Assembly (NCBI GenBank): GCA_043228905.1 | Contig: JBHGNT010000359.1 | Span: 1-31,824 of the forward strand | DNA length: 31,824 bases | Source: Azolla caroliniana | Taxonomy: Eukaryota > Plantae > Polypodiophyta | Reading direction: 5' to 3' | Shown: piece by piece, positions 22,923 to 31,824 of the stretch | Numbering within the stretch: position 1 is the first letter of the stretch | Layout of the letters: every line of letters begins with the position of its first letter | Made by a program: the position numbers and the translations under genes | Notes under the pieces: model-generated | Seen by the model: the letters and a program-made list of their open reading frames with translations, nothing else | What the model was told of the DNA's origin: nothing | The model's database searches: none

Positions 22923-23313
22923 AGAATGGAAAACAATTTTTGTGGTTAGGGTGCTCCTTGAGAGGAAGATGACTGAAATAATATCAAATTCTCAAAACTT
23001 CAAATAATTTTATGAAGAATGCCATCCCTACTTCAAGATTCTAAGCATATCACCAACAAGCTGAAGTGAACCTGTTACCAATACCTACAGGGAAAGCAAG
23101 AATTGGTTAAACAATTTACTGGTAACGGATTGTATTGGCCCGCAGTATGAACACAAGTTTTATACAAAGAACAAATGAGAATAATTAAGCTTCACTAGAA
23201 GATAGGATATGGATTTGACCTAAACCATCATGAGAATTTAAGACCACTAACATTGATCATATTGTAACTTTTTTCTTGTCAGAGTAATGTGACTTTTTAC
23301 ACTTTCCATTGTG
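22923..23313. repeat. Dispersed direct repeat, copy 2 (duplicate of 8151-8539)
   Basis: Colinear match to 8151-8539. Confidence 0.93.
23028..23084 (-). pseudogene. FPGS: Duplicated FPGS terminal exon (VLVTGSLQLVGDMLRILK*), orphan
   Basis: Acceptor TTTCCCTGTAG retained; one change CAC>CAG (H>Q) in the conserved motif; no other FPGS exons found between it and the window end. Confidence 0.75.
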
Positions 23314-23811
23314 GCAAATCTATTTGAAGAGCACACCCTCCAACCTCAAATGGTAGGCCAAGTGCATAGACTACTGCAGATGTGGCAGAACTTCATCTAC
23401 TCCAGGCCAATTGAGAAGCTAAGTTCCAGAAATAAAAGGAATCCTAATTCCGAGATATGGAAGAAACATCTGAGATGAGGGAAAACATTGAACAGGCCAA
23501 TCACAAGATGGCGGTAGATGTGACTGGTGATTTGGTCCCTCAATAGACTATTATTCCCAATCTACCCAAGAACGCATAGAGCCCACCCAAAGACACAGTT
23601 CACCGAATTTGCTGCCCTAGCAATTTCTGGTTGTCCATGGACGTGCCATGGTGCTGGCCATTCAACAATTGTATAACGGCTGGAAGGCCATGAGTATAGG
23701 AAACGAGGTAAACTTTATTATTACATCAAAACCTATTTCTGACGTGATAGGTATTAGGGGATTGTTAGTCATGCAGACCAACGAATAAACATTAAACCTA
23801 AATGACAGGAT

Positions 23812-24699
23812 TGATGGGAATATGGAGTGGAATCGGAATGATTCATAATACCAACTCAAGAATCCAAATAGACAACACCACAAGACAAAAGAGAGAGTAC
23901 ACCAAGATTTTTAATGTGGAAAACCCAAAATAGGGAAAAACCACGGGAACCGTATGTTCCAAACAATTTCACTATATCTTTGAGTTACAATGAGATACGA
24001 CCTCACTAGAGGAGCGTACAAACCTCAAGGCAACAACCTTGGCTACACAATAACGAATACAACTGAGTACAGACTCCCTAGGTTTTGACTAGAGAGGATG
24101 TACTCACCTCAAGGCAACAACCTTGGCCACAATCCTCACCCAACTGGGTGGATAGAAAAACAAAAGAAAACAGAAACAAAGGAAAACATGAAACGAAGAA
24201 ACCTGATGCAAAGTAGACAAGATAGTTGTTCGATCGTAGTTCTCTGATAGCACGAACAGCCCCTCGTAAGTCTCTGTCTCCACTTTGGCACTTTGATAGA
24301 GCACTCTTCCTCTTGCTCTCACTCTTTCGCTCTCTGTTTTTCTCTCACTCTTCTTTTCTATTTTTCTCTTTGTGTATTTTGTTTTGCTGTATGTGTATGC
24401 AGAAAAATCAGATCGTGCTCTATCTGTGTTCTCTCCAAAATCAGATCGCATACACCTGTTTTCAGCATCCCCCTTTTTCTTTTTCTTCTTTTTGTGTAAC
24501 GTCTACATACTTGTGTTCACACTCACACATACAAAAGACACACGCCCAAAAAAAACATACAAAAAGAAAAAATGGAGACATACATACATATATTTATTTA
24601 TTTATTTATTTATTTAAATACAACTAATTAGTATTAAGTCTATTCGGCGTTCAGCCGACTTAATGTTGTGGGCTCCATTTGAGTGGACAAGCCCCAACA
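23812..24699. mobile_element. Solo LTR (888 bp), probably Copia-type
   Basis: TGATGGG...CCCCAACA termini; 5-bp TSD AGGAT at 23807-23811 and 24700-24704; internal repeats CCTCAAGGCAACAACCTTGG x2; GTGGAAAACCC..GGGAAAAACCACGGG motif typical of plant Copia LTRs. Confidence 0.88.
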
Positions 24700-25499
24700 A
24701 GGATAGCAACCCACGATCTAAACATATTTTTTAAGTCAACCGGATGGTGCAATCATAATAGGAGTCAATCAACTACGAGTTGAAATACTATGCATTGGTG
24801 TAAATTGTAATATACCCTATTTTGTTCACTCTCCTTTTTAGCCTAAAAAGGGTTTTTGGTTTTGTTTTCTTATTTTCTTAATATATATACCCCTCGAAGG
24901 GTTTTTGGTTTGTTTAGTTTGGTTTTCTTATTTTCTTAATATACCCGTCGATAGTGGCATATGAATAATAACTAAAAAATAGTGTAATAATTACACAAAT
25001 AGCCTTTACCTTTTAGCCCTTACCTTTTTATTTATTGCCTTTTACTTGTGGGTGGCACTCGACAAGTACATAATTGCACATTATCAGGGTCAACGACGGC
25101 TTGATCTAGTGGTTCATAGAAAGGCATAAACTAATAACAGAAGACAAAATCAACGTTTTTGTTTGTCCACGACGCCCACAGCTTAAGTGGGGTAATTAGG
25201 ATGAACCAACTAATTAATTGGGTCGTCTTCCACCACAGAATGCCTGCGTCGTCATAACTAAATCCTTGAAAACATACCTGATATGGCTGCAATGACATTG
25301 TGGTTGTATGCAGAACTTCCTTCAGAACCCCAATCATCATTGTCGTCGTCGTCGTCGTCATCATCATCATAATTTCCTGGTGATGCTGTGAATCTGTAAA
25401 GATCCTTTGTATGTAACAAAGCCATCCATCCGCCTCCACTTTCGTCGATCTGCCATAATTAAATCCTTCTAAAAGAAAAAACGGCAGAGATCCTGCAGT

Positions 25500-26640
25500 A
25501 TGGATAAGGAGGCTGTGCGCGAGCTTCATCCACCGCAACGCCTCTACAGTAAGGATTGGCCTTATTTTTATCTCAATAAAGCGGTTGCCAAATCGTTTGA
25601 AGCTCACCTTGATGATGATCATCGCCTCTCCCTTAATCTGGCGAGCAGGGGCGTTGAGAACCTCATCTTCGTTAACAGGTTCTCGTCCAAGCGTTTCGAG
25701 AATACTCACAAGCCTACTTACGAAGAAGAAGTGCACTTTCTGTCGAATGATGCTAACGTGGGAGAAGGAGTTCGGTGGGGGAAAGAAGACGTGATGGTTG
25801 AACTCGCATCTCTCACGCGAGAGGAGAGAGTGATGTGCTTCCGGGATGCCGCCAGTTTCAGCGGGGGAGCAGTTTACCTGCTGGATCTACTTCTCAGAAG
25901 AGAGGAAGTCTCAGAATGGTTGGAGGCTCTCTCTCTCGCAGCAGATCGTGATGCGTGCCCTAAGAGCCTCCTTATCAGTAACTGTGGCATCGATATTCAT
26001 GGTCTTTTGAATGCACTCAAGAAATGCACGAACCTGAAGCATCTTTCCCTGCAAGGCTTCCCTATTTATGATGACTGCATCGACATGTTAGGTGCTCTTA
26101 GCTCACTCACTAGCCTCTCCCTTCTGAATGTGAAAGTCTCCGGAGCATTTCTTCCCTTATTTGCAGGCCTCCGTCCATGGCATTCACCCCTCGCTGCCTC
26201 TCTTCAGGTATTGGATCTCTACACCGACTCCAGCGGGGTTCTGATATGTGCTGATTTGCTGCAACACTGGCCGCAGCTCAAGGAGCTTACTCTAATCGAC
26301 ACCTCCATGAACGAAAACGATCTAATGGAATGCATAAAACACCTGGTCCAGCCTGAGAAGCAAAAAGCCAGCACTGGATTATACAGCCTAACTTTAGGAC
26401 GGTTACCTGGCGGTGATTTTTCTCCAAGCCGTACTACTACTGCTGCTGTGGTGGATGCTCTTTACGCTTCTCGCCTTCCATTCTTTAAGCTGGAAGATTG
26501 GGACCGCAGAGATATACCCCTGGATCCCGCCATCAAAGCCCAGCTCTTGAGGAACCAGCTCCTATTCAGGTTTGGAGATGAGCTTGAGAGAGTACCTGCG
26601 ACATCCATTCGACTGTTCATATGTGGAGATCCATATGCAG
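25500..26640 (+). CDS. TORNADO1-like LRR-ROC-COR (Roco) protein, exon 1: degenerate RI-like LRRs up to the P-loop start (FICGDPYAG)
   Basis: Open 380 codons; LKHLSLQG, LTSLSLLN, LQVLDLY, LKELTL repeats; ends RLFICGDPYAG before a GC donor at 26641. The start codon is uncertain because TCCTGCAG just upstream could be an acceptor. Confidence 0.85.
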
Positions 26641-26812
26641 GCAATTACTACCTCATCTCTCTCTGATTGCAGATTAAATCTCAGATATTGTGGACCCAAA
26701 CATAGAACACATTACTGATAATATGTAAAAAAATTAATGAGAACAAGCTGGTATTCATAATTAATTTTACTTTATAATCAATCTGGTAGCACCGTTTATT
26801 ATCTGTGTGCAG

Positions 26813-29541
26813 GAAAGACTACCCTTGTGTCCACTATGCATTCCATTTACTCACGCAAGAGGGATAAATTGAGAACATTGATTACCCCTCGACATGAGCC
26901 TAATCGCACCCAAGGAATCGAAGTCAGAGCCATCACCAAAGATGGGATTCGATTGTCTCTGTGGGACATGGCAGGTCAACAAGAATTCCATGCATTCCAT
27001 GATTGTATGTTCCCAGACATAGGAGCAAACTCTTTATATCAAGCTCCATGTATCTTCATGTTCCTCTGGAATCCTAAACACAGCCACTTATCAAGCTCCA
27101 ACAAGGTCGAAGGAGCTCACACTGCAAAAACAGCCCAAGAATTTGAAGAAAGCTTCAGGTATTGGCTCAAGTTTCTTGCCTCCAAACGCCGTCAATCAAA
27201 CTCTACACTGAAAGTGGTCGTGGTATTCACGTGCGCAGACCAGATGGATCTCATCTCAGATGCTCTCTCAACTTCGATTACTTCACTCCGATCACAATTC
27301 AAAGAGGTCATTGAAATTGTGGACCCTACCTTTGAGGTGGATGCAAGGAAGAAGGATGGACGTGTCAAGGCTGTAGTAGACTGCATTTTTGAGATTTCCA
27401 AAGAGATGCTCAAAGGTGTTTATGTGTTCGACATTTGCATGCAGGTATCTAAAAATCTATCAAAGCATTTGAAGATATCAAGACAGCGGATCATTACATG
27501 GTCACAATTTCGTGATATTTGCAAGGATCAACTTTCCATTCCAGATAATGAAGCTATAATGAAAGCAATCGCCTTGACGTTAAACGATTATGGCATCATC
27601 ATATTCATAAATGGTATTGCACACATTGTTCTTGATCCCGATTGGTTTTGCAATCAGATCATGGGAAGCCTTATTAATTTTCCAGGCTGCAAAGAATCTA
27701 GAACAATACCGATTCATGGATATGTTACTCGACATTTTCTGGAGAAGAAGTTAAAATCCATTACCAAATGTGGAGTGGAGTCTTTATTGGTAGATTTAAT
27801 GGAAGCAATGCACTTGTGTTGCCAAGTCCCAAGCAACTTGGCTGCCACCAAAAACAATAATGATGAACTCTTCATTCCAGCTACATTGGGGAATCACAAA
27901 GAAGAATATGCGACCATGTATGAAGGGCCCCAATGGAGAGCATCAACCACGTGTACTACTTGGCCAGATGATAATACTAATTATGCATACATGGGTAGGA
28001 GGTTAGAGTGCGCGAACAAAAATCTCACATTTCTTACACCAGGTTTGTTTCCAAGGATTCAAGTCTTGTTTAACAATGCATTCAAATATCACAATAATGC
28101 TGATGTAAAACTTGGCAAAGATTTCATATCAATATGTTTGCCAAACAAGGAGATCATTATTGTGTTTTGTCAAGCGAAATCTGAACATGTGATAGATGTG
28201 TTGGTTCGGGCTCCAAAAAATAATCAACAAGACATGTCAAGGACCTTAGCTTACGTGGAGAAACAAATCATCAACAATCTTATTACAATATGTGCCCAAC
28301 CCATCGGCATCCAAGGTGTCAAGCTGATCCAAAGTATTATTCGTCCAGACTCCTTACAAGATCCATCAAGGGCAGAATATAGAGAGGATCAATGCTTGGA
28401 AATGATTTATCTAAAGCAAGAACTAAGAAAGCAACTTGAGCAAGGCGAGCCACTCTGTCATGTTTGGAAGGAGACTAGGTATATGAATGTTTCTATAACA
28501 GATTCTTTAATTGATCTTGTCGGTTTCGAGAATTACTTGGAGGTCCTGAAGTCCTATGAATCATGGTTGAAGGAGGTGGACTATGCATTCTTGGATTCTG
28601 ATGAAGTCAACAGAAATAAGCAGCATCAAATTCTTCAAAATATGACAGTGCCTAGCTTGGAAAATAGCTTAGATTTAGATTTAGAGAAGGTGCAAGAGGG
28701 TCAAATATCAGAAGAGAGAGCGGAGGTGGAGTCTAGTAAGGAGATGGCTATGGCAATCTTACGCTTAGATCAGTTACATGATAAGATGGATGCGTTACAC
28801 GAGAAGATGGATGAGATGACTAAGAATGTGGATAGAATATATAAAGAGCTCAAATCTATGAGGGAAGATGTTGTGTGCAAGGTTGAGAAGGCATTAGGCA
28901 AGCTGTTGAAGTTAGCTATGGAGAATGAGGTTCAGAATCAACTCCCTCGAGTGGTAGTCCTTACCAACGATGGCGTGAACAAGATAAGGAAGCTTGTGAC
29001 CTCCTTGTCAGGAAACAACGTGTTATCAGTGCGCATTGAGCTTTACTGCGAGGACCAAACATCACTGCACCCAGTGGAGAATCAAGAAGGCATCACTCTC
29101 ACTTGTCTTTCTGAGGCTCTATCAAAGAGCCTAGGCAAAGCACTTCCATATGTTAATGGTCTCCTTTGTGTTTTGATTACAGCTGCAAAATTTGGCATAA
29201 ACTATGTAATTCCCCCTCTAGCCTCGACAATACCTGATTTGATTCCCTACCTCAAAGTGGCCAAAGGGTACCCTATGATATCAGAGACTCTTAGATCCAA
29301 ATTCCATTTGTCTGGCACATCAAGCATCTCTCATGTATCCCCAACTACATTAGATTCTTTCAAAGAGTGGCAAAGCTGCTTGGCCTCCATATTGACGGAC
29401 AATGGAGGTGTGACAGATGAAAACATAGCCAATAAGTTCCGTCTCAGGCGTGGCATGTACAGAAAAGCAGATGGGAGCGATCATGTAGCATGGTTGTGCG
29501 ACAAACACTACAAACATTATAGGCCTTACCCACTGGGTTAA
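26813..29541 (+). CDS. TORNADO1-like LRR-ROC-COR (Roco) protein, exon 2: ROC GTPase, COR, coiled coil, C-terminal domain; spliced product 1289 aa
   Basis: Acceptor TGTGCAG then (G)KTTLV; RTQGIEV, WDMAGQQEFHAFHD, YWLKFLAS, FEVDAR, LDPDWFC, YMGRRLEC..FLTPGLFPRIQV, LYCE..HPVENQEG, VAWLCDKH, all paralleling TORNADO1 motifs. Confidence 0.92.
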
Positions 29542-29789
29542 ATTATATCCTACAACAACAACTACTACTACTATCTTAGGTTAGGAATGAATTAGAACAG
29601 ATTTGTATCCTGAATCATTCCTTTGCAGAGCCTAGTCTCAAAATGTTGTAAAATTCTGTATGCATTCCATTCATTGACCTAACATTCTCATGCATCTGTG
29701 AGTTTTTTTTATTTTCCGCATGAAGGATGAAAACCTAGCTAGTTGATCATGTTGCCAAAGTCTGAGACTATTGCTTAGGTAAAGTCTTT

Positions 29790-30527
29790 AATGTCATCAT
29801 ACATCTTCACTAACCACTCAAATGAAGCAGTTGCTCAGCAGACTTTTCAGGTGGGAGCCAAGAAAGAAGGATGAACGTTTCATTTTAGATGTCCTAGAAT
29901 GCATTTTTTGACAGCGCCAAACAGATGCTTGAAGGCATTTGAAGACATCAAAGCTGCAATTACATTACATGATCACAGTTTGGTGCGAATTGAGAGGATC
30001 AAATTCCCATTCCAGATGATGAATCTCTAATAAAAGCAATCACCCTGACTTTGAAACAACTATTGGACCATCATATCCATGAACAACATTGCACAATACA
30101 TTGCTCTTGATCCCAATTGATTATCCAATCAGGTTGTGGGATGCCTCATTCATTTTCCAGGTTGCAAAGCATCTAGGACCATCTACTAGTACATGTTTCT
30201 TAGAGAGGAAGCTGGAATCCATTACCCAATATATATATGAGGTGGGATCTCTATTGGTAGATCTAATGAAAGCAATGCACTTATGTTGCAAAGTCCCTGA
30301 TAACTAAATATTTAACGCATCAAAAAGCAAGGTCAGGGATCAACTCTTCATTCCAACCACGCTGAGGATTAATCCAAAAGGAGTGTGTTACTGAGTGCAT
30401 GGACCACATGTACTCCATATGGTAACAGTAAATATGCAGCTAGAGTGTGAATTAAACAAAGACTTCAACTTTTCTTATCGCGAGATTGTTTCCGAGGATT
30501 AATGAAGTATTATTCAACAATGCATTC
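29790..30527 (+). pseudogene. Decayed partial tandem copy of the TORNADO1-like gene (ROC end / COR region, about 27270-28083)
   Basis: Colinear remnants, e.g. CATTCCAGATGATGAA, CTTGATCCCAATTG, SLLVDLMKAMHLCCKVP, CTCTTCATTCCA, TTGTTTCCGAGGATT..AACAATGCATTC, with many indels and stops. Confidence 0.85.
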
Positions 30528-30818
30528 CTGTCTACTGAGAATATTGTTGACAAACAGCTGTAGATTGAAGTTAAAACCTAGATTTTTCTCTTTTTTTAGC
30601 CTAAGCTTGACCTCTCTCTCTCTGTATTTCTCATACTCGCGAGCAATTAGCAGTAAGTGTGTCACTCTCTCCATTGTATTATGCGTTGCCTATGACTCCA
30701 TAATTGATGTATGATTAATCTCATCACTTTTAATCTATTTATTTGTGTAAATACCTAATGTTTAAGCGTACTAAGACATTAGTGAGGTTAGTGCTAATGA
30801 GAGGGGTGAATGAGAGCA

Positions 30819-31385
30819 AAAGGTTTGATCCCCTTGCCCTAAGATAGATATCTTTTTAACATCCATGAGAATCTGATTACAATCTACGAGACACTACCTA
30901 GGCAAAAACAAAGGTTTGAGCCCCTCATCCTAAGATAAATAGATATATTATTAACGTCCACAGGAGTTTGATTATAATCTACGAGATGTTATCTAGGCCA
31001 TGGCAAGGATTGAACGTGAGTCTAATCAAATTTATGATAGATATCTTTTTAACATCCATGAGAGTCTAATTACAATCTACGAGACACTAACTAGGCAAAC
31101 GACAAAGGTTTGAATCCTAGACCTTACGATAAATAGATATATTTTTAACATGCACAGGAGCACAAAGGTTTCATCCCCTCACCCTAAGATAGATAGATAT
31201 CTTTTTGACATCCACATGAGTCTGATTACAATCTACGAGACACTACCAAGGCAAAGACAAAGGTTTGAACCCCTCACCCTAAGATAGATAGATATCTTTT
31301 CAAGATCCACAAGAGTTTAATTATAATCTACAAGATGTTGTCTAGGCCATTGCAAGGATTGAACTTGGGTTCTCTCAAATTTATG
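30819..31385. repeat. Tandem array of about 90-99-bp units (about 6 units, one truncated)
   Basis: Unit AAAGGTTTGAnCCCC..CCTAAGATAGATATCTTTTTAACATCCA..GATTACAATCTACGAGACACTACCTAGGC starts near 30819, 30910, 31004, 31104, 31164, 31259 and 31353. Confidence 0.9.
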
Positions 31386-31403
31386 ACTTTGATGCTATGT
31401 TAT

Positions 31404-31713
31404 AAACCAACAATCAAACAAAAACTTTGTTCAATATACAAGCAAGAAATTCAATAAGAAGAAATGACTCTAACCAAGCAAAGATATAGCCAAGCTCATA
31501 TTCTAATGTAATTCTAGATTCAATAGATAGACAAAGCCTCATAGCCCCTAGCTTGAAAACCAACAATCAAACAGAAACTTTGCTCGATATACAAGCAAGA
31601 AATTCAATAAGAAGAAATGACTCCAACCAAGCAAAGATATAGCTAAGCTCATATTCTAATCTAATTCTAGATTCAATAGATAGACAAAGCCTCATAGCCC
31701 CTAGCTTGAAAAC
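31404..31713. repeat. 153-bp tandem duplication (2 near-identical copies)
   Basis: CAACAATCAAACA... at 31408 and 31561, colinear to CCCCTAGCTTGAAAAC. Confidence 0.92.
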
Positions 31714-31824
31714 AAAACAAATTAGATATGTGTTGGCATTTGTGTGAAGAATCCTTAAGCTAAAGAGGGGCAAACACTAAGGGGATCATCATACATCACA
31801 TAGTTCCTTCTTATATCTTTGCAT

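Noticed and set aside
23320-23665. Possible LINE ORF1 relic (..TCHGAGH..)
   Set aside because: A single degenerate knuckle-like string with stops; too weak to call.
24104-24627. Overlapping ORFs of 68-133 aa
   Set aside because: They lie inside the solo LTR in low-complexity CT/TTTA sequence.
25131-25736. 201-aa minus-strand ORF
   Set aside because: Antisense to Roco exon 1 and runs through a (GTC)n/(ATC)n microsatellite giving MMMMTTTTT; no recognisable domain.
30819-31385. Repeat array as a CRISPR array
   Set aside because: Whole units are repeated with no unique spacers, there are no cas genes, and the context is eukaryotic.

Overview
Eukaryotic, TE-rich nuclear DNA, most likely from a non-seed land plant (inferred from the TE families and a divergent TORNADO1-like gene). 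From left to right: (1) a decayed L1-type LINE (1-5891, +) with ATGA-overlapped ORF1/ORF2 and an A-rich tail; (2) a Tnt1-like Copia gag remnant (-) split by a 560-bp hAT-type MITE with an 8-bp TSD; (3) four intact 3' exons of a folylpolyglutamate synthase (FPGS) gene on the minus strand (13606 to 8253), not assembled by the ORF track, whose 4.7-kb last intron holds Copia relics; (4) a nest of Ty3/Gypsy elements (about 14250-22920, -). The best-preserved has a 996-bp LTR, a tRNA-Trp PBS, a DHG-type protease and a candidate -1 frameshift signal (GGAUUUU, 5-nt spacer, H-type pseudoknot) located after the protease; (5) a second copy of the FPGS terminal exon; (6) a solo LTR with a 5-bp TSD; (7) an intact two-exon TORNADO1-like LRR-ROC-COR gene (1289 aa) whose P-loop is split by a GC-AG intron, followed by a decayed partial copy; (8) two tandem repeat arrays. 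All calls come from reading the sequence by eye; no searches were run.
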